Source: Pseudomonadales bacterium (GTDB taxonomy: Bacteria; Pseudomonadota; Gammaproteobacteria; Pseudomonadales; DC-out160). From it: DNA of 64,000 nucleotides. Under the pieces are notes generated by a model. It was not told the origin of the DNA and made no database searches. It was given only the letters and a program-made list of their open reading frames with translations. Made by a program: the position numbers and the translations under genes. Shown here one piece after another: positions 35,067 through 44,087 of this stretch. The DNA lies in assembly GCA_019090455.1 (NCBI GenBank), contig JAHRWA010000058.1, positions 1,989 to 65,988 of the forward strand. Reading direction: 5' to 3'. Position 1 is the first letter of the stretch; every line of letters starts with the position of its first letter.

Positions 35067-35166
35067 TCACCCTTTGACCGCACAAACTAAAAACTTGGCG
35101 ATGCGACTCGCAACTACCAGCAAATTAACGACGCAACCCCATCAACTCAGCGCCTTCTGGATTCCA

Positions 35167-36135
35167 ATGGACTTTAACACTATCTCATCGACAGTCGCAG
35201 CCGACTTTGAAGAAGTCAATAGACTGATTTTAAAGCAGTTACACTCTAAAGCACCTCTAGTCGGTGAAGTCGGCAAGCATATAATCAATAGTGGCGGTAA
35301 GCGCTTGAGGCCTCTCATATCTCTGCTTAGCGCCCGCGCTTGTGGCTACGAGGGTGATCAACACATACAAATTGCAGCAGTAGTTGAATTCCTTCACACC
35401 GCGACATTACTCCATGACGATGTAGTCGACGAATCCAGTCTTCGCCGAGGAAAAGCTACCGCTAACGCCCTATGGGGGAATGCACCCTCGGTATTGGTTG
35501 GCGATTTTTTAATTTCAAGATCTTTTCAAATGGTGGTGGCCATAAAAAATATCAGGATTATGGAAATTCTATCTGACGCGACCAACCTTATCGCCGAAGG
35601 GGAGGTTTTGCAGCTGGCCAATTGTAACAACCCAAAAACCACTGAAGCGGCCTATATGGAAGTCATTCATCATAAGACTGCCAAAATGTTTGAGGCCGCC
35701 GCGCAATCCGGCGCGGTTTTAGCTAATAGACCGAAAAACGAAGAGCTCGCCTTAGCGTCCTATGCAATACACCTTGGCTCCGCATTCCAGTTAATTGACG
35801 ATGTACTCGATTACACCGGTGACGCTAAAGAGATGGGTAAAAATGTAGGCGATGATCTGGCGGAAGGAAAGCCTACCTTACCTCTCATTTATGCGATCAA
35901 AAAAGGAAACAAAGAACAAGCCTCAATGATTGCCAACGCGATAAAAACGGGCGGACTCAATCAGCTACATGAGATCACCGCCGCAGTACATGAAACTGGC
36001 GCGATCGACTACACCATTGATAGAGCAAACACAGAAGCCAACACGGCTATTTCAGCAATAGAGTGTATCTCAAATTCTATTTACAAAGAGGCTCTAGTAA
36101 ACCTAGCGAAGTCCTGTATCAGCAGAAGAAATTAG
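35167..36135 (+). CDS. ispB: Octaprenyl (polyprenyl) diphosphate synthase
   Basis: GGKRLRP, LLHDDVVDES..RRG, FQLIDDVLD, GDDLAEGKPTLP; start taken at ATG 35167; divergent from rplU. Confidence 0.96.
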   Translation: MDFNTISSTVAADFEEVNRLILKQLHSKAPLVGEVGKHIINSGGKRLRPLISLLSARACGYEGDQHIQIAAVVEFLHTATLLHDDVVDESSLRRGKATANALWGNAPSVLVGDFLISRSFQMVVAIKNIRIMEILSDATNLIAEGEVLQLANCNNPKTTEAAYMEVIHHKTAKMFEAAAQSGAVLANRPKNEELALASYAIHLGSAFQLIDDVLDYTGDAKEMGKNVGDDLAEGKPTLPLIYAIKKGNKEQASMIANAIKTGGLNQLHEITAAVHETGAIDYTIDRANTEANTAISAIECISNSIYKEALVNLAKSCISRRN

Positions 36136-36215
36136 CATCAAGAAAGCGACTATCGCCCCTTCAAATTAAAATTAATTCCTCGCCGCATTTGATCCCATCG
36201 TTGTTATTAACTAGT

Positions 36216-36953
36216 TCATTCTAAAGATAAGTGTGCAACATCCGGTAACTTTACAATTACCTCTTCAATTGCATCCGTCAAATCACTACCCAACGGCGCA
36301 ACGCTGATACTACTCACATCGGGAGGTGCTGGCGCTTCACTTGGGGCAGTTAACAACAAGCTTTCTCCAGCGGCTGCAAGCGAAATCTGACTCACATCAG
36401 GCGCTGCCGGTGGCGGCGTATCGTCCTTATCCACCAATATCACTCCGGCTTCTGCCACGCTAATATGAGTGATGTCGGGCTGAGGTGGAGGCGGCTCCTT
36501 ACTCTCCACCCCAAGCGTCGCTCCCAAATCAGAGACACTAAGATGACTAACATCGGGGGCAGGCGGCGGCACATCTTTGCTCTTCGCAACCAGATCGGCA
36601 CCAACAGGCGCTAACTGGATAGCATTAGGCACCACATCCTTAGACGCCACAGGGGCAGCTCCATTGCTTGGAGCCATTGAGGCAGGCCTCTCTTCCTTAA
36701 CCGGGGCAGAGGGAGTCACATCCAACTTTTCCACCTGGCATTGTGCACCGGCTTTCTCTAGTGCCATTTGATATTTTTTTGCAGTCGTTTTATTAATTTT
36801 ATTTTTTATAACAACGCGCTTACCAGAAAAAAATAGTTTCATTTGCTTATCGGATGCATTGAATAATTTCGCCACTTTCCGCTTTACGTCCGGTAGCTCA
36901 GCACCCTCTAATATTTGCCCTGTAAACACGACCTGATAAAGCTCACCATTCAT
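36216..36953 (-). CDS. Hypothetical protein with N-terminal alpha/beta domain and 26-aa Pro-rich tandem repeats
   Basis: N-terminus YQVVFTG...VAKLF...FFSGKRVVIK...AKKYQMALEKAGA; repeats of the form PDVSHLSV...G.L. Confidence 0.8.
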   Translation of the reverse strand: MNGELYQVVFTGQILEGAELPDVKRKVAKLFNASDKQMKLFFSGKRVVIKNKINKTTAKKYQMALEKAGAQCQVEKLDVTPSAPVKEERPASMAPSNGAAPVASKDVVPNAIQLAPVGADLVAKSKDVPPPAPDVSHLSVSDLGATLGVESKEPPPPQPDITHISVAEAGVILVDKDDTPPPAAPDVSQISLAAAGESLLLTAPSEAPAPPDVSSISVAPLGSDLTDAIEEVIVKLPDVAHLSLE

Positions 36954-37104
36954 TTTTTTTCCTACGATTTACAATTCCTATTTAGCATATATGTAAGTAT
37001 ATAACTCAATTCGATACACACAACGTAGCAACCCGCTCACGACCCACTACGTTTCAGGATCACGTCTACAATAATAACTCTTCCTTTTCGTAACCGTAAC
37101 GATT

Positions 37105-37773
37105 ATGGCAATGCGCCTCCAACATAAATTAAGACCGAGTCCCGCTCATTCCAGCCTGCAAACCGGCCTCATCATTTTATCCCTGTTGTTTTCTACCGGC
37201 GCTGGTGCCTGCAAGAATGCCAGCACAATCTGCAGCGTTAACAACTTTAGTACTCACTACATGAGTGGAGGCACCACGACAGACTTAGCACTCTCTCCAC
37301 AGCCATCGTCCAAGAGAAGAGGAGAGAGCCCACGCAATGACAAGTCTTGGTATTCCATCGGCGCAGGAGCCACTACAGGCAAACACAGCGGCCTGTGGCT
37401 ACTATTCTCTAGCACAGCCATGACAGGGGCCAAAAGCTTAGGAACGACCCGATTCATTTGGTCCCAAGACCTTAGCAAAGCCTCCACATCAGGCGAAAGC
37501 TTCACTTACTTAGAGTTAGGTCAATTATTCGGAATGCGGCATAAGCTCCACGAGGACAACATTTTATGGGGTATAGGTCCGGCATTAGTATTTGGAAACG
37601 ACAAGGTCGATACAAACCTAGATTTCAGGACAATTGGCCTTGCCTGGGAAGTAGAAGCACATTTAAGTCATTTTTTAATATTAGGAGGTAGTGTAAAGCT
37701 CGCCGGCAACCTTAATCGCCCGCACTCACAGCTGGGAATATCCTTTCATTTGAATATAGGTAATTCACGATAA
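37105..37773 (+). CDS. Hypothetical protein, possibly exported/outer-membrane beta-strand protein
   Basis: 222-aa ORF with a hydrophobic signal-like segment and alternating aromatic/Gly strands (YLELGQLFG, LWGIGPALVFG, GLAWEVEAH, LGISFHL). Confidence 0.5.
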   Translation: MAMRLQHKLRPSPAHSSLQTGLIILSLLFSTGAGACKNASTICSVNNFSTHYMSGGTTTDLALSPQPSSKRRGESPRNDKSWYSIGAGATTGKHSGLWLLFSSTAMTGAKSLGTTRFIWSQDLSKASTSGESFTYLELGQLFGMRHKLHEDNILWGIGPALVFGNDKVDTNLDFRTIGLAWEVEAHLSHFLILGGSVKLAGNLNRPHSQLGISFHLNIGNSR

Positions 37774-37935
37774 ACCGGTTTCCATCTGAAACTTGTAGAA
37801 AGACAGCCACCCTAGTCATCTAGACCTCGACATGAAGTGAGTATTTTAACCTTTGACTCAGCACTCAAATTTCTGAATGAGAAACGCTAGGGCGATATTT
37901 TTTAGCACAAATATCGCAAATGTCCAGAAAATAAC

Positions 37936-38147
37936 TTCTCCACAATTTCTGTGGATAACTTTGTGGATTAACCATTAATACAGCCTAAATTAGGCACTAT
38001 AAAGGCCGTTTAGACAGATCGAGCACATCTCACACAAAGAACCACTACCACATTAAAAATCAATGGCTTACCTATTTTTCACAAAATCATTATATTTTTA
38101 ATTTAAATTTCCAAAATTCTATGGCAATTATTTTGCCATGTGTATAA
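37936..38147. promoter_or_regulatory. DARS-like DnaA-box cluster with IHF site
   Basis: TTCTCCACA-5 bp-TGTGGATAA-3 bp-TGTGGATTA (37936-37970); IHF consensus AATCAATGGCTTA (38058-38070); TTTTTCACA (38075-38083); TGTGTATAA (38139-38147). Confidence 0.7.
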
Positions 38148-38379
38148 GCCTGCTGATGAGTTTAAAAGAACCCATTTTCTATACAACTATTTTGGAATTA
38201 ACAGATTTATTTTTATAACATCATAAAACAAAGATCAGAAAGAAATATAAGCACTTTTTTTTAGAGCAATAAGATATAAACCTCAGTCAATGCTATATCT
38301 TCGAAACCCACCTTATAAATTCATCATTTTCACATTCAATTGCCTAATTTTATTCCTAGAACACAGCCCCCCCACTTCA

Positions 38380-38427
38380 AAACAGAAACAGAAACAGAAA
38401 CAGAAACAGAAACAGAAACAGAAACAG
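38380..38427 (+). repeat. Perfect hexanucleotide microsatellite (AAACAG)8
   Basis: Eight exact copies counted in intergenic DNA. Confidence 0.97.
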
Positions 38428-38625
38428 ACTTCCAGTTCTATCAATTGAGTTCACTTTCGGCAACCACTCACCTAGAACGAACAAATAACCCGATGTACCA
38501 TATTAAATATTCCTCGCTTTAGGCGTACAATGGTTCCCGTGCATAAAGCGTACATTTGACAACCATCTGAGACAAATGACTCAGACCCTCAGCATCACCT
38601 CTCTACCAATATCCAAACTGACAAT

Positions 38626-39912
38626 ATGAGCTTATTTACTAACAGCATAAAAGGCGCCCTGAGACTAGGGCAAACGTCCCGCACATTATCGACAACGGGA
38701 GCAAAATGGCTTTTAGGCGATAGACCTCCGCCCCCGAAACTACTACGCCAAACCTTTGAAAAACTAGGCACTACCTATATAAAATTAGGCCAGTTTATAG
38801 CCAGTTCACCTTCTCTATTTCCTGACGAATATGTTGAAGAATTCCAACATTGTTTGGATAACACGCCCCCCATTCCTTTTAGCACCATTAAGAAGCTCCT
38901 CATTAAAGAACTGGACAAACCACCGTACCAAATTTTTTCTGAGATAGATCCAACGCCTCTTGCAACGGCATCCATTGCACAGGTTCATGCAGCGAAATTA
39001 ATAACCGGTGAAGATGTTGTTATCAAGGTTCAGAAACCTGGCGTTAAGAATATTCTCTTAACAGACCTAAACTTTCTGTATGTATCTGCCAGACTATTGG
39101 AAACCATCGTCCCCAAACTATCCATGGCATCTCTCGCCGATATCGTTGATGAAATTCAAAAAGGCATGCTTGAAGAATGTGATTTTTTTAAAGAAGCCAA
39201 GAACATTGCAGATTTCAATCAGTTTCTGAAAGATACTGGCAACAACGATGTCGTCGCCCCAAAAGTGTACAAACAAGCGAGTTCATTGCGCGTCCTCACC
39301 ATGGAACGATTTCATGGTGTCCCCTTCACTGATCTGGACAGCATCAAAGATTATGTTGAAGACCCTCAGCAAGTTTTAATAACGGCCATGAACACCTGGT
39401 TTTCTAGTTTAATGCTAAGTCAGTCTTTTCACGCGGATGTCCATGCCGGCAATATGATGATATTAAAAGACGGCCGGATAGGGTTTATCGATTTTGGCAT
39501 CGTTGGCCGTATCAAACCTGAAACTTGGTCTTCGGTGACACTGTTCATTCAGTCTATTAGCGACGGCGATTACCACGGCATGGCTAAATCAATGCTAGGG
39601 ATAGGCATCACTAAAGAAAAAATCAATCTTGATGCATTAGCCAAAGATATAGAAAAACTGTATCAGTCAGTCAATACCGCTACTACCATGCCCGCACGCC
39701 AAGACACTATTGATGACAAAGATGTGAATAAGGCAATGATGGATCTACTCGGAATCGGCAAACGATATGGCATCCACTTCCCGCGAGAATTTGCGTTACT
39801 GTTGAAACAAATTCTTTACTTCGATAGATACGTACAGCTTATCTCACCGGACCAGAACATTTACTCGGACGATCGACTCGTTATGCTGGCCGATCCCACG
39901 CCAGACTATTAA
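38626..39912 (+). CDS. ABC1/UbiB (AarF) family atypical kinase
   Basis: LGTTYIKLGQF, PLATASIAQVH, VVIKVQKPG, LTMERF, FHADVHAGN, FIDFGIVG. Confidence 0.9.
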   Translation: MSLFTNSIKGALRLGQTSRTLSTTGAKWLLGDRPPPPKLLRQTFEKLGTTYIKLGQFIASSPSLFPDEYVEEFQHCLDNTPPIPFSTIKKLLIKELDKPPYQIFSEIDPTPLATASIAQVHAAKLITGEDVVIKVQKPGVKNILLTDLNFLYVSARLLETIVPKLSMASLADIVDEIQKGMLEECDFFKEAKNIADFNQFLKDTGNNDVVAPKVYKQASSLRVLTMERFHGVPFTDLDSIKDYVEDPQQVLITAMNTWFSSLMLSQSFHADVHAGNMMILKDGRIGFIDFGIVGRIKPETWSSVTLFIQSISDGDYHGMAKSMLGIGITKEKINLDALAKDIEKLYQSVNTATTMPARQDTIDDKDVNKAMMDLLGIGKRYGIHFPREFALLLKQILYFDRYVQLISPDQNIYSDDRLVMLADPTPDY

Positions 39913-39939
39913 CTGCGAATAAATCACCAATAAAAAAGC

Positions 39940-39968
39940 AAAAAAAGAGGCTTTAAAGCCTCTTTTTT
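39940..39968. terminator. Bidirectional rho-independent terminator
   Basis: AAAAAAAGAGGCTTTAAAGCCTCTTTTTT between convergent genes. Confidence 0.85.
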
Positions 39969-40002
39969 CTTGGTCGATCACTGGGTCCACAAAGCCAACT
40001 GG

Positions 40003-40305
40003 CTATGCAGCCCCCGCCTCAACTAGAATATCAACATATTCTGCAAACCGGATATTAGGAGTGATGGATTCAAGAAAAGAAACACCTCCCGAATCTTTCG
40101 CATTGATATCGTACCCTGCCTCTTTAAAAAAAACCAAAAACCGCTTGAATGCCGAGGATGTCATACCACGATAAGCTTTAACCAGAACTTGAAAACTCTT
40201 AGATTCTCCCTGAGGCGGCTCCCAAGCTAAATACGATAAAAGCATTTCATCAGTGAATACTTCATCAATCACCTTTTTCTTATCAGGTCTTGGTTTTGTT
40301 GCCAT
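40003..40305 (-). CDS. PA4642-family small conserved protein
   Basis: DKKKVIDE, LVKAYRGM...FKRFLVFFKEAGYDINAKD resemble the Pseudomonas PA4642 family (from recall). Confidence 0.75.
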   Translation of the reverse strand: MATKPRPDKKKVIDEVFTDEMLLSYLAWEPPQGESKSFQVLVKAYRGMTSSAFKRFLVFFKEAGYDINAKDSGGVSFLESITPNIRFAEYVDILVEAGAA

Positions 40306-40506
40306 GAATCTACCCTCGCATTAGATTTACCGAATGCGAAGACTAACATATATTAGGCTTAATTTTGACTAGCCAGCTCAAAAGGCAAAACTTACAACGC
40401 GCTGGAATTGGAATAACACGGTTCGCATCGGCCACATTCAAAGACTTACAAAAATTAAAGTCATTTTCGCAGCTGAATACCTAGTTCTAGATTGTGCAGC
40501 TCAAAT

Positions 40507-41070
40507 CTATGGCTCAATCTTATTGAGCACCAAGCCTTCTAGTGAATCTGAAGATGTAAACGCGACATTTAGCCCGCGATACCATGATAGAGGCGTTAAG
40601 GTAATGGATGCCTCTACATTGTCCATCTGATGCTCTGGGAGACTAATTTCAAAATTCGATTGGCCTTTGCCCTCCACTAAGTTCACCCAAGATATATTGC
40701 TAAGAGAGAGCTCTTCAGCTGCTTTGAAACTCACATCCACCTGTATTTGAACAAAGGCATGCTTGGACAATTGAGGATGGCTGGCTAACACCTGCACGTT
40801 ACCGGTGAGCACAGGATCAAACATCTGATCTTTGATATCATAATTCAACGCCTGAAACTCAATGTTCAACGGTTCATTCATAACACCCTGAGCCGCGTGA
40901 GCGGTCTGAATATTATTTTCCAATGATTTTAGTTTTACTTGGAGTAATTTGATTTTAGCCTGAGCATCCTCATCATTACATCCCAGAAACCAAGGAAGAG
41001 CACTTACCATTAATAAAACGCGTAACCCACCAAATCGTTTTTTATAATCTGCCACTTCGGAATAACTCAC
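40507..41070 (-). CDS. Hypothetical lipoprotein
   Basis: Hydrophobic stretch with lipobox FLGC, then a coiled coil and beta-rich domain; 6 bp downstream of the mltC-like gene. Confidence 0.65.
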   Translation of the reverse strand: MSYSEVADYKKRFGGLRVLLMVSALPWFLGCNDEDAQAKIKLLQVKLKSLENNIQTAHAAQGVMNEPLNIEFQALNYDIKDQMFDPVLTGNVQVLASHPQLSKHAFVQIQVDVSFKAAEELSLSNISWVNLVEGKGQSNFEISLPEHQMDNVEASITLTPLSWYRGLNVAFTSSDSLEGLVLNKIEP

Positions 41071-41076
41071 CCTTCG

Positions 41077-42426
41077 TTAGACGTTTTTATAGAGAGCCTT
41101 TCGAGACAACACTTTTCGCAAATATAATTGTGTTTCTCTCGCAGACAATCCTTCCAGCAAACGTTCCAAAACCTCATCATCACTCATCTTGTTAATATGA
41201 GGTATTGCCTTATTCATTTGCGGCCTTCGAATGAAGGCTTTAGCCACGTTTGCCGCACCGGTATTGTATGCCGCTATCGCACAATACATTCTACTTTTAG
41301 GTTTACTGATATCACCCAGATATCGGTAATACAACAAGTTCAGATAAGCCGCCCCCAATTCAATATTATTGGTTGGGTTGTAAAGGTAGGAGGCCGAGAA
41401 CCGCTTTGGCTTATCAAATAATGCTCGCGACGCATCTCGCCCTGCAGTAGCCGGCACTATCTGCATCAACCCATACGCAGGCGCAGACGATCTTGCTAAA
41501 GGGTTGAAATGACTTTCTGTGTGAATGATGGCAAATAACAGTTCAGACGGTACTTTTAACTGTCCTGCATACCGAGCGACTGTGGGCTTAAGCTCCTTCG
41601 CTTTTTTTCGAAGCCTATCTTTCGGTAGTGGTACCGTGTATGTCAGCTTTTTGTTAAGCGTTACCGGCACAGTCACACCCAGCGAAGAGTTCTTAGCCAA
41701 TACCTTTTCGCCCTTAGGCAAGTCAGTAGAATTGGAGTCAAGCGCAGCAAAATTCTGCTGATATGTGATTAGTGCAGACTGCATCATTCTTGTTGCCAAA
41801 CGCTGGGCGTCTCGGGTACTCGGCCTCTTAGCGGAAAACAATTCGCTGAGCACTACATCCGAGTTCAGCGATGCCAAATACTCTCGGTCCCCTTTAAACT
41901 CCCTTCGAACGGTGGCACTAACAGGGTCATCTTCATAAGCTCCGTCTAAGCCCGTCAATAACACCTTAATCAGTTGAGCCTTAACCTCTGCATTTGTTTT
42001 GACAAAATCGATTCGCCCATTTTTTTCTTCGCGCGGCAACGTTACCCTCACCTCATTTTCCTTAAAATCGACAACGCGCTTAATGGCCCAGTCCTCGCTA
42101 TAAACAACCCATGTCGTCGCATCCGACACCTCCGCTCGATCCCAATGCTTTTTGATACCTCTCACATACTGGCGCAAGGCGGAACGGTGTATCTTTTGAT
42201 CCATCAACCATTCAGAACCTGAGCCCTCCTCTACATCTTTAGTTGTTGGGATCAAATCGTCTTCTTTATCAATAACCCAGCTTGATGCCCCGGATGACAT
42301 TGCTGACAATACGAACATTATTACGCTGGCTTTTAACCATAATCGTTTTATCACCCTTGCCTCCTCACAATGCTCTCTTCCCGAAATGTCATTCAAACAT
42401 CTGTATGAATCAGATAGCGCTTGCAT
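41077..42426 (-). CDS. mltC: MltC-like lytic murein transglycosylase (DUF3393 + SLT)
   Basis: IIHTESHFNPLARS, AYGLMQIVPATAGRD, LYNPTNNIELGAAYL, AYNTG; N-terminal WVVYS..RVVDF. Start uncertain. Confidence 0.85.
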   Translation of the reverse strand: MQALSDSYRCLNDISGREHCEEARVIKRLWLKASVIMFVLSAMSSGASSWVIDKEDDLIPTTKDVEEGSGSEWLMDQKIHRSALRQYVRGIKKHWDRAEVSDATTWVVYSEDWAIKRVVDFKENEVRVTLPREEKNGRIDFVKTNAEVKAQLIKVLLTGLDGAYEDDPVSATVRREFKGDREYLASLNSDVVLSELFSAKRPSTRDAQRLATRMMQSALITYQQNFAALDSNSTDLPKGEKVLAKNSSLGVTVPVTLNKKLTYTVPLPKDRLRKKAKELKPTVARYAGQLKVPSELLFAIIHTESHFNPLARSSAPAYGLMQIVPATAGRDASRALFDKPKRFSASYLYNPTNNIELGAAYLNLLYYRYLGDISKPKSRMYCAIAAYNTGAANVAKAFIRRPQMNKAIPHINKMSDDEVLERLLEGLSARETQLYLRKVLSRKALYKNV

Positions 42427-42548
42427 TTCAATCTATCGGTTACTCTGAGTATCAGTATAGCTTTGGGTTAAAATTAACAGCGGCGAATTAAGTACTATTT
42501 TTTGATCAAATATCTCAATCGGCTAAATTGATCGAGCAAAAAAACGTG

Positions 42549-42561
42549 AATCAATCACTTA
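42549..42561 (+). promoter_or_regulatory. IHF consensus site in the divergent promoter region
   Basis: AATCAATCACTTA matches WATCAANNNNTTR. Confidence 0.4.
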
Positions 42562-42764
42562 GCGTTTTTCGTCGATCGCACCATTTTTTTAGAAACTTTT
42601 TCCATAAGCCTCCTCGTCAACAAAACCAAATTCACTCTAACCCCCACATCCGGTATGTTAGCTATTAAGAGATATACTCAGTTATTAGAAGTTTCGTGGT
42701 ACCTTTACAGGCAGATTTTGTGCTCTCTGATAAATCAAATTAAGTTGGGAAACTAGACGTCATT

Positions 42765-44042
42765 ATGCGGAAACATCAATACCCCTACAGCGCATTTGTC
42801 ACCGGCGTGCTTGATGCGGAAGGCTTTCACGCCGAGCTGTTAGCTTTACTACGCCGCGATCCCACTATGGCAGTCAATGCCATAGACGAATTAGCAGCAT
42901 TGCACCGACAACACAAACTTCCTGAAGATATTTATTCTGACCTTAGGCGTCACGTAGAAACCATCGCGGCTAAGCAGGTCTTTGATCATGTAAAGACAAT
43001 TGATCCTTCAGAAATACCAGATGAGCCCCCAACCGAACTAAGGAACGACCCCGCTGTAGCCACGATGTTACGCTCTGATCCCGAACCCGATGACGACGCC
43101 ACGCTCATTAAAACTACGACTACAAAAATCGAACAAACTGCTGTGAACAATAGAGCAGAACCTCTGCGTCAAAAAGCCACGAGTCACAACGAAGCAGATC
43201 AAGTGACAGAAATAAATACGACATTGGAGAATCGAACCCACATAGGCAGCCGCACTGATGTCCATAAAAAAACTCAAACAGAGAAAATAAATGAGCGGCA
43301 ATTCGATAACGATTCCCACGATCCAATTTCTAGGAATAAAGCACGCAATTACACCAGCAAGTCTGACAGCGTCGAACTGAATCTAAAGATACGAAAAGCG
43401 GTCAGCGTAATCGCTCTGGCTTCTGTTCTGTTGGTCATTTACATGGTAAGTCCCAGCGATGTGGAAACAGTCGGTGTTGCCGCTCCAATTCATTACAAGT
43501 CGCCACCAGAATCAAAGCCTGACGCCAAAGAAGTACTTCCTAGCACACAACAAATCGAAGAAAGAATAAATACTGCAAACAATATCACTGAAGAAACATT
43601 AGAAGAGCGCCTTTTAAAATTTTCAACTCGTACCAAGGAGTTCAACTCTACCGGCACCTGGAGCGAAAACGAAACAGCACCTCGCATAGGCATTATTCCA
43701 GACAAAGCAGAGGACATGAGCCTGAACAACACGACAGCCCCTCCAACAACTGCATTATTTCACCACTCTTTATCTATTACACAACTTCATCAGCGGGCAT
43801 TAGCTCGCGCCAATGCCCTTAGACTTGAACCTTCGTCGGATCCTGATAGCGCGACGGGCTACCTTAAACAAATGATAGAAAAAGATAAAAACAGCTCACT
43901 TATCCGAGAAACTCGAGCCGAAATTGCTAAAGGGTATCTGGCTTTAGCGAGACAGGCGAGGAAAGAGGGAAATTGGGACCGCGTCAATCAATTGTTAGAG
44001 AAGGCAATTGATATCAGACTGGAAAATAGTGTCATTTACTAG
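42765..44042 (+). CDS. Hypothetical bitopic membrane protein (helical N-domain, Thr-rich linker, TM, periplasmic TPR-like domain)
   Basis: TM AVSVIALASVLLVIYMV; C-terminal RLEP..DSATGYL...IAKGYLALARQA..EGNW resembles the C-terminus of the neighbouring kinase. Confidence 0.75.
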   Translation: MRKHQYPYSAFVTGVLDAEGFHAELLALLRRDPTMAVNAIDELAALHRQHKLPEDIYSDLRRHVETIAAKQVFDHVKTIDPSEIPDEPPTELRNDPAVATMLRSDPEPDDDATLIKTTTTKIEQTAVNNRAEPLRQKATSHNEADQVTEINTTLENRTHIGSRTDVHKKTQTEKINERQFDNDSHDPISRNKARNYTSKSDSVELNLKIRKAVSVIALASVLLVIYMVSPSDVETVGVAAPIHYKSPPESKPDAKEVLPSTQQIEERINTANNITEETLEERLLKFSTRTKEFNSTGTWSENETAPRIGIIPDKAEDMSLNNTTAPPTTALFHHSLSITQLHQRALARANALRLEPSSDPDSATGYLKQMIEKDKNSSLIRETRAEIAKGYLALARQARKEGNWDRVNQLLEKAIDIRLENSVIY

Positions 44043-44087
44043 AGTTAGATTGGCACGACAATAAAAGATAACTTCTCAATTTAGAAC

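Noticed and set aside
38340-38522. 60-aa ORF with a TETETE run
   Set aside because: By-product of the (AAACAG)8 microsatellite; TTG start, no RBS and no other protein-like features.
37774-38625. Replication origin (oriC) suggested by DnaA boxes, an IHF site and AT-rich DNA
   Set aside because: No dnaA/rpmH/mnmG neighbours, no change in gene-orientation bias across the site and no recognisable DUE repeats; the box geometry fits a DARS core better.
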